A stretch of 64,000 bases of DNA, from the sequence record LR756502.1; one strand, 5' to 3'. Shown here piece by piece: positions 8,301-17,847 of this stretch. The notes beneath the pieces are model-generated. The model ran no database searches. It saw nothing but the letters and a program-made list of their open reading frames with translations, and was not told where the DNA came from. A program made the position numbers and the translations under genes. Positions within the stretch are counted from its first letter, which is position 1, and each line of letters begins with the position of its first letter.

Positions 8301-9968
8301 ATGTCATTAAAAACAGATTTAGCCTTATATAAGCCACGAAAAGAACAAAAAGAAGCAATGAGTTTTATTGACTCTGAGTGGAAGCGTGATAAAACAAACA
8401 AATTTTTCCTACTTGATCTGCCTGTTGGTGTTGGTAAATCACACTTAGCTCTTATGATTGCTGATTGGTATCAAAAGAATGTTAGCAAGATGGCAAAGGT
8501 GGATATTATTACAAACAGTAAGCTTTTACAAGACCAGTACGCCGATACATATAGTTCTATTAATGATTTAAAAGGTAAAGAGAATTATGAATGTGAGACC
8601 TACTCTTGCTCTTGTGCGCAGGGTGCTGAGTTTAGTAGACTAAATAAGACGAATTGTGAATCCTGTCCTTATTCTGGAGCTCGTGAGTCATTTATTGCTG
8701 GTAATATATCACTAACTAATTTCTATCTTTATATATTATATGCTATCTATACACCTAAACTTCTTGAGTCAAGAGGAGCTAAAGTGCTTATAGTAGATGA
8801 ATCACATGAGTTTGATGATGTTATTTCCGACTTTGTTTCAATAAAAATAACTGAAAATACAATAAAGAGACTTAAGTTTTCAAATGAATCAGAAGTTATA
8901 AAGAAGTTCAAGTCGGTAAGTTCAATTAATGACTATGTTTCATTTCTAACATTTATTTCCGGTGAGATTATATCAACTATGGATGGTATGGAAAAAGGAC
9001 TTGGGTCACAATCTAGAAATGCTAGATCTGACCAAAGAGACCTTAAAATATCAAAGATACTTAAGGTTAAGAATACCGATATTAAGATAATGCAAAATAT
9101 AACTGACTTAAAACAAAATCAGTTAAAGATTGATATTTTCTTAAAAGAGTATAAGTCTAATCCAAATAACTGGGTACTTGAAACCGGATATAATGAGAAG
9201 TTAAAACAGAAGGAGTTATCGTTGGAGCCAATTTGGGCATATGACTACTTGGATAAGTATGTATTTAGTAACTATGATATGGTTTTTCTTATGTCTGGTA
9301 CAATTCTCGATAAGAATTTATTTTGTCAATTAAATGGTCTAGATGTTACAAAGGCTGTTTACTATTCGATAAGATCCCCATTTCCTGTTAAAAATAGGCC
9401 AATATATTATATGCCTGTTGGAAAAATGAGTTATAAGTTGAAAGAGGAAACATTCAAGAAATATATTCCTTATATAAATAAAATATTGACTAAGTATAAA
9501 AACCAAAAAGGTATTATACATACTAATTCTTTTGAGTTGGCTAACTGGATAAAGAAATCAATAAATGATCCAAGGTTGATCTTTCATGATTCATCAAATA
9601 AAGATGAGATGTTGAAGATGCATTTTGATTCAGAAGAACCAACTGTTATTGTTAGTCCTAGTATGGATACTGGTGTGTCTTTTGATCACGAGAGAAGTAG
9701 ATTTCAAATAATAGCGAAGATTCCCTATCCTAGTCTTGGCTCACAAAAGAATAAACTAAGGCAGAAAAATAATCCTGAGTGGTATCAGTGGAAGACTGTC
9801 ACTGGTATAGTTCAGATGACTGGTAGATCTGTTAGGTCTGAGACTGATTGGGCTGATACTATTATAATAGATGGATCTTTTTCGGATGTTATTAGATATA
9901 GTGGTCATCTTATACCAGACTGGATACAAGATGCTATATCAAAAGTAAATGTAAAAGAAAAGGCATAA
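8301..9968 (+). CDS. DinG/XPD-like SF2 helicase
   Basis: DLPVGVGKS, KGKENYEC plus Cys cluster, VDESH, MSGTI, QMTGRSVRS. Confidence 0.88.
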   Translation: MSLKTDLALYKPRKEQKEAMSFIDSEWKRDKTNKFFLLDLPVGVGKSHLALMIADWYQKNVSKMAKVDIITNSKLLQDQYADTYSSINDLKGKENYECETYSCSCAQGAEFSRLNKTNCESCPYSGARESFIAGNISLTNFYLYILYAIYTPKLLESRGAKVLIVDESHEFDDVISDFVSIKITENTIKRLKFSNESEVIKKFKSVSSINDYVSFLTFISGEIISTMDGMEKGLGSQSRNARSDQRDLKISKILKVKNTDIKIMQNITDLKQNQLKIDIFLKEYKSNPNNWVLETGYNEKLKQKELSLEPIWAYDYLDKYVFSNYDMVFLMSGTILDKNLFCQLNGLDVTKAVYYSIRSPFPVKNRPIYYMPVGKMSYKLKEETFKKYIPYINKILTKYKNQKGIIHTNSFELANWIKKSINDPRLIFHDSSNKDEMLKMHFDSEEPTVIVSPSMDTGVSFDHERSRFQIIAKIPYPSLGSQKNKLRQKNNPEWYQWKTVTGIVQMTGRSVRSETDWADTIIIDGSFSDVIRYSGHLIPDWIQDAISKVNVKEKA

Positions 9969-10004
9969 AAAAACCCACCAAATGGTGGGTTTTTTTATGC
10001 CTTT
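9959..10004. terminator. Bidirectional intrinsic terminator
   Basis: Perfect 22-bp inverted repeat AAAGGCATAAAAAAACCCACCA-AA-TGGTGGGTTTTTTTATGCCTTT between convergent genes. Confidence 0.9.
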
Positions 10005-10416
10005 ACTTTTGTTTCTTTAATATTGCTTTTTGCATTGCTTCTGGAAGTTTCTTTTGACCAGCCGTTAAACCTTTTTTAGGTTCTTTCTTTTCAGCTTTTT
10101 TATCGTCCTTTTTATCTTCTTTCTTACCTTTTTTCTCGAAGTTAAATTTTTTCTTTTCAACCACTTCATCTCCCCATGTCTTTCTTCTAACCGGTTTATT
10201 CTCTTCTTCCTCTTCTTCCTCCTCTGGCTTGCAAGCTGGACAACCATCAGTTCCACAAGGACACTCTTCTTCCTTGAATTCATTATCTAGTCCGTCATTC
10301 TCTTCTCCTTTTACGTGGTTTAACCAATCTTGCTCATCTGAGTCAGTTTTAGTAAATCTCCCAGCATCTTCTGAGTCGGAAAAATTTTCAAATGTTTTTA
10401 GGTATCTTAATTTCAT
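10003..10416 (-). CDS. Acidic/basic low-complexity protein, CTS-like N-terminus
   Basis: MKLRYLKTFENFSD; E-rich middle, K-rich end GLTAGQKKLPEAMQKAILKKQK. Confidence 0.75.
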   Translation of the reverse strand: MKLRYLKTFENFSDSEDAGRFTKTDSDEQDWLNHVKGEENDGLDNEFKEEECPCGTDGCPACKPEEEEEEEENKPVRRKTWGDEVVEKKKFNFEKKGKKEDKKDDKKAEKKEPKKGLTAGQKKLPEAMQKAILKKQK

Positions 10417-10440
10417 ATGGTTATAATTATTTTCTTAACA

Positions 10441-10449
10441 TATATATTA
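10441..10449 (-). promoter_or_regulatory. Putative late promoter TAATATATA
   Basis: Upstream of 10416. Confidence 0.7.
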
Positions 10450-10517
10450 ATGTCCAAACATAGAAATGTATATTTTATATAATACTTTACTAAAAATGTA
10501 AAATACATTGTTAGAAA

Positions 10518-10526
10518 TAATATATA
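10518..10526 (+). promoter_or_regulatory. Putative late promoter TAATATATA
   Basis: 4 nt before ATG 10531. Confidence 0.7.
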
Positions 10527-10530
10527 GTTT

Positions 10531-11313
10531 ATGAAAATACAGAGGTATAACGAACACTCATTATATTTATCAATGAGTGAGTATTTTATCGAATCATTGC
10601 AGTCTATTATTACTGAGTCTGAGAGCACTTCAAAGTATAAGGATATAGAGAAGAAAGTTATAAAGGATCTAAAGCTAAACCTTTCTATAGTTGGTACATT
10701 TGGTGCTGGTATATCTGTTATGTATCCAATTGTTGAGAAACTGGTTAGTAATATGGAGATCAATATTGATATCACCCCATCCAAGATTGTGTTATTGACA
10801 TTGGCCGCATTTTCAATTATTTACCTGGAAGAGAAAAAATCAAAGTTAGATTCCGACAAAGAGGCTGTTTTAAGAAAAGATTGTCAATCTATGTTAGAGG
10901 AGCTAAAAATGTCTGGAATTGGAAATGGTATTGTTAAGAAATTAATTGATGGATTTAAATCTATAAAGAATATATTTTCTCTAATAGGAAAGCATGCTGG
11001 TGCTATTGTTGGTGGATTTATTGATATGTTTGCATATGCATCCTTAGCAATGCCGATATTAAATGGTGTATTGGTGATTGTTGGTAAGTATGATTTGACA
11101 TTGGATAGTTTACCTGGTAATTTTCTTGGGTTAGCAACTGGTGTTGGTACAATAATTGCTAAACATGGAATAAGTGATATATTAAATAGAATGAAAGGAA
11201 AACTTCCATTCAATAAGAATAAAGTCATTGACGAAATCGATACTCCGATTATACAGAAGTTTGGTGACGCCGATATTGAACAAGACGGAAATTTAATCAA
11301 GGAAGAGCAGTAA
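10531..11313 (+). CDS. Hypothetical protein with hydrophobic segments, CTS-like N-terminus
   Basis: MKIQRYNE; TAATATATA 4 nt before ATG. Confidence 0.75.
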   Translation: MKIQRYNEHSLYLSMSEYFIESLQSIITESESTSKYKDIEKKVIKDLKLNLSIVGTFGAGISVMYPIVEKLVSNMEINIDITPSKIVLLTLAAFSIIYLEEKKSKLDSDKEAVLRKDCQSMLEELKMSGIGNGIVKKLIDGFKSIKNIFSLIGKHAGAIVGGFIDMFAYASLAMPILNGVLVIVGKYDLTLDSLPGNFLGLATGVGTIIAKHGISDILNRMKGKLPFNKNKVIDEIDTPIIQKFGDADIEQDGNLIKEEQ

Positions 11314-11398
11314 TTATATTGTATATTACCATATACGCTGAATATATAATAAACTTAACTTAATCAATTTATATAATAATAAAAAGTGAAAGTATTAC

Positions 11399-12733
11399 AT
11401 GACTCCCCAATTAGAGAAGGTATTTTTTAATTACGTACTGCGAACAAAGAAATTCTTCGAAATAGTTAAACCTTATTTTTTCAGAAACTCAGAGATACAA
11501 TTTGTATATGGTGTTGTTCGTGAATATATGATCAAACATAATGATGCTCCAATACCTACTGCTCGCCAAATATTGGATATGGTATCTCTCGAAGATAAAG
11601 AGGGTATAATAACAAAGGATATATTAAAATCAATACTGCAAGTAGACCTAAAGGAATATGATGAGAAAAATTTTATAGAGCCTAAATTTAATGCTTGGGT
11701 ATTGTCAAATAGACTTAAAACAGGAACTGTTGATATAATCGATGAGACAAGAAATCTTGATAACATATCCGACTTTGAAAAGGCTGTTGAGGCAGCAAAT
11801 AGAATAAAGGGTATTGTTGATGAGATGTCAAGTACAAATTTTATACAAGGTGATGATATGGGATCTGATTTTGATGATGCCGAGAGTCACGTACAGGATT
11901 CCTCTAAGTTTAAGGTTAAGTCTGGATTTGAGACACTGGACCATATGCTTGGTGGTGGTTGGGATATACAGACACTTAATGTTATAATGGCTGAGACTAA
12001 CAATGGTAAATCATTGTGGATGCAAAACTTTGCATATAAGGCAGCTGATATGGGATATAATGTTCTATATATTTCACTTGAAATGAGTGAGAGAAAGGTT
12101 ATGAAAAGAATCGGGGCAATGAGATTAAAAATTCCAATTAATGACTACGATAACGCTTCTAAGGATATTGAAATGATAAGGAAGAGGATTCAATCTTTGG
12201 GTAGTTCTTCTGGGGTAGGTAGTGATTTATTTTCTAAAAAAATTGGAAAGATATATGCTAAGTTTTGGGCAGCTGGTACGGCCACTGTTGGTGACTTTGA
12301 TAATTATATACAAGCATTAAAAGAAAAGAAGGATATAAAAGTTGACCTTGTAATTGTTGATTATATTACACTTGTTGCTGCTGTTAAAGGATCAATGTCT
12401 GATAACCTTTATACAAAAGGTAAGCATTTAGCCGAAGGATTAAGAGCGGTTGGTGCTAAATACAAGGTACCGGTTATAACAGGTGTTCAGGTTGCGAAAG
12501 ATGCCTGGAACTCAGCTGATATAACACTGGAAAGTGTGCCTGAGTCAAAAGCTATAGCTGAGACTGCTGATACATTTTTTGCCATAATAAGAACTGAGGA
12601 AATGAAGAGACAGAATATGTTTAGATTTAAGCTACTTAAACAAAGAGATGGTGATTTTTTAAAATCACAAGTTAAATTGACTCTAAACCCTACATACTTA
12701 ACATTGGAGAATGATCAGTTCCTAGATACCTAA
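11399..12733 (+). CDS. Replicative DNA helicase (T4 gp41/DnaB-like)
   Basis: AETNNGKS Walker A, YISLEMSE, VIVDYI, VITGVQ, ESKAIAETAD, LKQRDG. Confidence 0.9.
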   Translation: MTPQLEKVFFNYVLRTKKFFEIVKPYFFRNSEIQFVYGVVREYMIKHNDAPIPTARQILDMVSLEDKEGIITKDILKSILQVDLKEYDEKNFIEPKFNAWVLSNRLKTGTVDIIDETRNLDNISDFEKAVEAANRIKGIVDEMSSTNFIQGDDMGSDFDDAESHVQDSSKFKVKSGFETLDHMLGGGWDIQTLNVIMAETNNGKSLWMQNFAYKAADMGYNVLYISLEMSERKVMKRIGAMRLKIPINDYDNASKDIEMIRKRIQSLGSSSGVGSDLFSKKIGKIYAKFWAAGTATVGDFDNYIQALKEKKDIKVDLVIVDYITLVAAVKGSMSDNLYTKGKHLAEGLRAVGAKYKVPVITGVQVAKDAWNSADITLESVPESKAIAETADTFFAIIRTEEMKRQNMFRFKLLKQRDGDFLKSQVKLTLNPTYLTLENDQFLDT

Positions 12734-12779
12734 AACAAAGAATATTTAATTTATATAAAATAAAAAATAAAATCTCTTT

Positions 12780-13748
12780 ATGAGTAAAAAAAATGTCAAA
12801 GATGACGAAGATTTTGATGATGAAACAGAACAAACTACCGATGAGTCGGTTGATGATTATCAAGAAGATGATGAAGAAGTAGAAGTGGAAGAGTCAACTT
12901 CAGAAATAAGCAAGATAAGTGATGATGATGATATGGAACTTGTAATTGAGATAGATGAAGGTGATTTGGATATAACTGACCCAAGTAATGAGGTAGTTGT
13001 TAAGACTGAAGATACTGAATCCGAATCTGAAGAGATAGTATTATCAAAACATAAGATACAAGGAAAGCATACTTTAAAGTATGATTCTATTTTCAAGGGT
13101 AAAAAAGATGAACCATTGGATGAGGAAGATCCAGATGCGGCTTCTATGTACTATAAGGAAAGCATTGAAGTTGATAAATCATCTAACTACTACTTTGAGT
13201 CTATTGACAATGAGCACTATATTAGAGCTAAATTAGTTAAAGAAAGAGTTTATGCTATCCTTAGTGAAAATACAAACCTTAACTTCCTAAACAATAGGAG
13301 AAAGCCATCAAGGGTTGATTTTAATAACTATTATATGTTGTTGAGGACCAATCTACAGGAGGAAAGTTTTACAAATGTTGAGTTGTTCAATGAGCTATCA
13401 GTATATTTTTCCGATAATCTATTTAATATGTTCAAGTTATTGGAAAATAAGTGGAGAAATATGATAATATCTGAGCTCCAAGAACATATTGGTAAATCAA
13501 AAACAGATAAAGAAATTAAAAACAGAAATATCTATATTGGTACAGAGATAGAATTTACATGGATGGATGGTGAAGAGGAATTATCTATAACTGGTGTCGT
13601 TGTTGATGCTGATTATCAATTATCAACATTCAAAGTGGATTCATATGAAAACCTCTATGATGTAGATATATTAAATGTCACAAAGATATTAAACAATTCA
13701 AAATTTAAATATAATTTAAATAAGCTTAACAATATTGACTTCTTATAA
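12780..13748 (+). CDS. Hypothetical protein with strongly acidic N-terminal half
   Basis: 322 aa; D/E-rich first ~90 aa. Confidence 0.8.
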   Translation: MSKKNVKDDEDFDDETEQTTDESVDDYQEDDEEVEVEESTSEISKISDDDDMELVIEIDEGDLDITDPSNEVVVKTEDTESESEEIVLSKHKIQGKHTLKYDSIFKGKKDEPLDEEDPDAASMYYKESIEVDKSSNYYFESIDNEHYIRAKLVKERVYAILSENTNLNFLNNRRKPSRVDFNNYYMLLRTNLQEESFTNVELFNELSVYFSDNLFNMFKLLENKWRNMIISELQEHIGKSKTDKEIKNRNIYIGTEIEFTWMDGEEELSITGVVVDADYQLSTFKVDSYENLYDVDILNVTKILNNSKFKYNLNKLNNIDFL

Positions 13749-13843
13749 AAAGTTTTAATATTTATTTTAAAATTTCTAAAAAAAGAAAGATTTAGTTTCA
13801 ATATTGAAAATACGATACGATATATAAAATACAAAAAATTAAA

Positions 13844-16396
13844 ATGAGCATGATTAAAGTAACGAAAAGAAATGGCAAAAAAGAGCCAGTGATGTTGGAT
13901 AAGATATTAGAAAGAATCAATCAACAAACTTATGGGTTGGATCAAAAATGGGTAGTTCCATTTGAAATTGCTCAAAAAGTTATTGAGGGAATAACCCCTG
14001 ATATTAAGACATATGTATTAGACCAGTTAGCTATGGAAACTGCAGCTGCTCTTACAACTAAACACCCAGACTATTCCGTTCTTGCGGCTAGGTTGGCAAT
14101 TACAAATTTACATAAAGAGACAAAGAAGAGCTTTTCAGAGACTGTTGAGGATCTTTATAGATATGTTGATCCAAATACAGGAAGACTATCTCCTATTGTA
14201 TCTGAGGAATTCTATTCAATTGTTAAAAAACATGCTGATGATTTAGACTCAGCGATTGTTCACTCAAGAGATCATAATTTTGATTACTTTGGATTTAAGA
14301 CACTTGAGAAATCATACCTTTTGAAATTAAATGGACTTGTTGCGGAAAGACCGCAATATATGTATATGAGAACAGCTCTACAGATATGGAAAGATGATAT
14401 ATCAAAGGTTATTGAAACTTATAATTTATTATCTGAGGGATATTATACTCATGCTACACCAACTCTATTTAACTCTGGTACAACAAGGCCACAACTATCA
14501 TCTTGTTTTTTATTAGATGTTGAGAGTGATTCAATTGAAGGTATATTTAATACTCTTAAGGAATCCGCTCAAATTTCTAAAAATGCTGGTGGTATCGGTA
14601 TCTCATTTGGTAAAGTTAGAGCTAAGGGTACATATATTGCTGGTACAAATGGAACATCTAATGGTATTATTCCTTTTTTGAAGATTTTCAATGAAACTGC
14701 TAGAGCAGTTGATCAAGGTGGTGGTAAACGCAAAGGGTCCATAGCTATCTACATGGAACCTTGGCACGCTGACGTATTTGACTTTCTTGACCTTCGTAAA
14801 AATCAAGGTAAAGAGGAGTTGAGAGCTAGAGATCTTTTCCTAGCTATGTGGACAAATGATTTATTTATGGAGAGAGTTGAGTTGGATGCTGATTGGTCAC
14901 TTATGTGTCCTCATGAGTGTGTTGGGTTAACTGAGACATATGGTAAAGAGTTTCGTGATCTATATGAGGGATATGAAAAAATTGGTAAATTTAAAAAGGT
15001 TGTTAAGGCTAGAGATGTTTGGAATAAAATATTAGAATCCCAAATTGAAACAGGAACTCCTTATATTCTATATAAAGATGCTATAAATGAAAAATCAAAC
15101 CAATCAAACATTGGTGTTATTAGATCATCTAATTTATGCGCTGAGATTGTTGAAGCTACTGGTATTACTAAGTCTCAAGGTGAGATTCTTAAGAATAAAG
15201 AGTTACTTGATAAATTAGGACTTAGTGAGTTCTATGGTGAGGAGTTTGTTAATGAAACAGCTGTGTGTAACTTGGCTTCAATTGCTCTACCTAAATTTAT
15301 AAATAAAAATAAAACATATAACTTCAATAAGCTATATGACGTTGCATATTCTGCTATTATTAACCTTAATAATGTTATTGATGTTAATTATTATCCATCC
15401 GCTGGTGCTAAATTTTCAAACCTTTGTCATCGACCAGTTGGTCTGGGTGTACAAGGTCTAGCTGATGTATTTTTTGTCAATGGTTTGGCATATGAATCAG
15501 AAGAGGCTAAATTATTAAATAAGGAAATATTTGAAACTATATACTACGCGTCTATGAGAGCATCTTGTGACCTAGCTAAGGAACAAGGATCATATGCAAC
15601 ATATGAGGGATCTCCTATATCACAAGGTAAATTTCAATTTGACTTGTGGGGAGTTAAAACCACAAAGAGATGGGATTGGGACAAGCTAAGAGAAGATATT
15701 AAGAAGTATGGTGTTAGAAATTCATTAACAACTTGTATCATGCCGACAGCTTCAACCGCTTCAATACTTGGTAATGAGGCTTCTTGTGAGGGACAAACTT
15801 CAAATATGTATACTAGAAGAGTATTGTCTGGTGAGTTTATACTTGTTAATAAGTATCTTGTTAAGGAGTTGATTAAGCTTGGTGTTTGGAATGACTCAAT
15901 CAGAAAGAAGATTATAAATGAGAATGGATCTGTTCAAAATATACCCGAGATACCAACCAATTTGAAAGAGGTTTATAAGACAGTGTATGAAATTAAACAA
16001 AAGGATGTTATTGATATGGCGTCTGATAGAGGAGCATTCATTGATCAAACACAATCGATGAATATATTCATGGACTCTCCTAACTTTGCTAAGTTAACTT
16101 CGATGCACTTTTATGGTTGGGGTAGAAGAAATATATTAAACGATACTGAAGGAAATCCTGTAATCCCACAGGGTGATGGTGTTGATGTAATATATGATAA
16201 AGATGGTAAAGCTAGATGTTATAGAGATAAAAAGGTATCATTAAAAACTGGTATATACTATTTGAGAAATAAATCTACTGCTGATGCTGTTAAGTTTACT
16301 GTTCAAGAAGAAGTTAAAAAAACAGTTGAAGAACAACTTGCTGAAATATCTTGTAGTCTGGATAATCCTGATGATTGTTTGGCTTGTGGATCGTAA
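13844..16396 (+). CDS. nrdA: Ribonucleoside-diphosphate reductase class Ia, large subunit
   Basis: ATP-cone VTKRNG, THATPTLFNSGT, QLSSCFL, SSNLCAE, C-terminal CSLDNPDDCLACGS. Confidence 0.97.
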   Translation: MSMIKVTKRNGKKEPVMLDKILERINQQTYGLDQKWVVPFEIAQKVIEGITPDIKTYVLDQLAMETAAALTTKHPDYSVLAARLAITNLHKETKKSFSETVEDLYRYVDPNTGRLSPIVSEEFYSIVKKHADDLDSAIVHSRDHNFDYFGFKTLEKSYLLKLNGLVAERPQYMYMRTALQIWKDDISKVIETYNLLSEGYYTHATPTLFNSGTTRPQLSSCFLLDVESDSIEGIFNTLKESAQISKNAGGIGISFGKVRAKGTYIAGTNGTSNGIIPFLKIFNETARAVDQGGGKRKGSIAIYMEPWHADVFDFLDLRKNQGKEELRARDLFLAMWTNDLFMERVELDADWSLMCPHECVGLTETYGKEFRDLYEGYEKIGKFKKVVKARDVWNKILESQIETGTPYILYKDAINEKSNQSNIGVIRSSNLCAEIVEATGITKSQGEILKNKELLDKLGLSEFYGEEFVNETAVCNLASIALPKFINKNKTYNFNKLYDVAYSAIINLNNVIDVNYYPSAGAKFSNLCHRPVGLGVQGLADVFFVNGLAYESEEAKLLNKEIFETIYYASMRASCDLAKEQGSYATYEGSPISQGKFQFDLWGVKTTKRWDWDKLREDIKKYGVRNSLTTCIMPTASTASILGNEASCEGQTSNMYTRRVLSGEFILVNKYLVKELIKLGVWNDSIRKKIINENGSVQNIPEIPTNLKEVYKTVYEIKQKDVIDMASDRGAFIDQTQSMNIFMDSPNFAKLTSMHFYGWGRRNILNDTEGNPVIPQGDGVDVIYDKDGKARCYRDKKVSLKTGIYYLRNKSTADAVKFTVQEEVKKTVEEQLAEISCSLDNPDDCLACGS

Positions 16397-16430
16397 TAAA
16401 AAAACCACTCATTGAGTGGTTTTTTTTATT
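16395..16430. terminator. Bidirectional intrinsic terminator
   Basis: A-run-CCACTC-ATT-GAGTGG-T-run between convergent genes. Confidence 0.85.
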
Positions 16431-17269
16431 TAAAACTTTCTAAATTTTGTATTTTTAAGCACTAGCTTTGTGTGTGTTGAGTGTGTTATGCTTACTCCAA
16501 AGTCATTTGTTACTTGTCTCTGTAGGAATGGTAATATGAAATCCTCCTCGAATGATACTTTATAACTAGATGGTATTTTTGATTTTAATGTCTCTAATGA
16601 AACTGGTAGATAGTTTTCATTTACTTCTCTATCCCAATTCTCGATATATTTATACTTTAATAGGTAATGCATAAATGTTCTATAGTTATCGTTAATAGAG
16701 CCCCACTTATCTTCAAATGATTTTAAAAATCTTTGGTCAGATATCTTTCTAACTTTCTTTACATCCTCTTTAAATTCGTTTATTTCATTCTTGTCAATCT
16801 TACTTGATGGTATCATATCTCTTATTGATATAAATTTGAAGTCTCCTCCAAATACCTGTTTTTCCCAGAAGAATTTTATAGTATTTGAATTTGAATATGA
16901 GTATACCTCATGTATTACCGAACTTAGATTTAGTAATGGTGATTTGTATCTTTGAATCTCACTAACCACCTCATTCCAATTACTCGTCAATGTGGCATTA
17001 TTTCCTAAAACCGACTTCGCCTTTGATAACATGGTTTGATCCAAATCATATCCTATTAATTTGGCTCTGGGGTTAGCTTTTGATACTTTTGATAGAAATG
17101 ATCCATCCGCACATCCAAAATCAACAATTACATCAAAATTAACTTTATCAATGAAAAACATCTTATCACTAAAAGACATACCCATCCCATCAATATATGA
17201 TTGTATGTCACTTATTGGTTTTTCTCCAACCAACTCTTCTAAGAATAACTGCCAGTTAAATATTTTCAT
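16430..17269 (-). CDS. Class I SAM-dependent methyltransferase, CTS-like N-terminus
   Basis: VIVDFGCADG, LIGYDLD, NLSSVIHEVYSY; MKIFNWQLFLEE. Confidence 0.8.
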   Translation of the reverse strand: MKIFNWQLFLEELVGEKPISDIQSYIDGMGMSFSDKMFFIDKVNFDVIVDFGCADGSFLSKVSKANPRAKLIGYDLDQTMLSKAKSVLGNNATLTSNWNEVVSEIQRYKSPLLNLSSVIHEVYSYSNSNTIKFFWEKQVFGGDFKFISIRDMIPSSKIDKNEINEFKEDVKKVRKISDQRFLKSFEDKWGSINDNYRTFMHYLLKYKYIENWDREVNENYLPVSLETLKSKIPSSYKVSFEEDFILPFLQRQVTNDFGVSITHSTHTKLVLKNTKFRKF

Positions 17270-17271
17270 AA

Positions 17272-17832
17272 TTAATTGATTACTATTGGGTTTGTGTATA
17301 TATTAATTTCTAGTTCACGAAGTCTTCTAATCTTTGGTCCTTTTAAGATTCTTACTTTAAACGATAAGCTATCTGACATAGCCTGCTCTACCGTAGTATT
17401 GGAGAATCCAAGAAAAATAATATCCTCTTTTACTACTGTTAATCCTCTATAATTTGTGTATGTTCCTTTATATCTAAATTTACTTCGATCTATTTTTGCA
17501 TTTGGTATTTCATCCATCCTGAATTTTAGTTCACATAGAGCCGTCTTTATATCCGCTTCAAATTGATCACTGATATCACTCTTGTTCTTTATTACTAATG
17601 AAATGTGTAGGTATCTATAAGTATCAGATCCTTTTTTATAGTGGTCGTTAAATATTTCAACCTCAAATCCAAGATCTTGAAAGTCATGTAGTAAATATCC
17701 AATTTCTTCTCGAGTTGATTCAAGACTATCTATTGCTTTTAAATTTCTTTTTCTAGAATCGAGTAAATCATCATCTATTGAAGTATTTTTATCTACTCTA
17801 AAAAAATCTTTGAATTTCTTAACTATACCCAT
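17272..17832 (-). CDS. Hypothetical protein, CTS-like N-terminus
   Basis: MGIVKKFKDFF; TAATATATA 4 nt upstream. Confidence 0.75.
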   Translation of the reverse strand: MGIVKKFKDFFRVDKNTSIDDDLLDSRKRNLKAIDSLESTREEIGYLLHDFQDLGFEVEIFNDHYKKGSDTYRYLHISLVIKNKSDISDQFEADIKTALCELKFRMDEIPNAKIDRSKFRYKGTYTNYRGLTVVKEDIIFLGFSNTTVEQAMSDSLSFKVRILKGPKIRRLRELEINIYTNPIVIN

Positions 17833-17836
17833 TTAG

Positions 17837-17845
17837 TATATATTA
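17837..17845 (-). promoter_or_regulatory. Putative late promoter TAATATATA
   Basis: 4 nt before ATG 17832. Confidence 0.7.
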
Positions 17846-17847
17846 AA

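Noticed and set aside
13844-16396. Intron or intein in nrdA (also checked thyA, uvsX and the helicase)
   Set aside because: Uninterrupted ORFs of normal length; the insertions are short and lack intein C/S...HN termini or endonuclease motifs.
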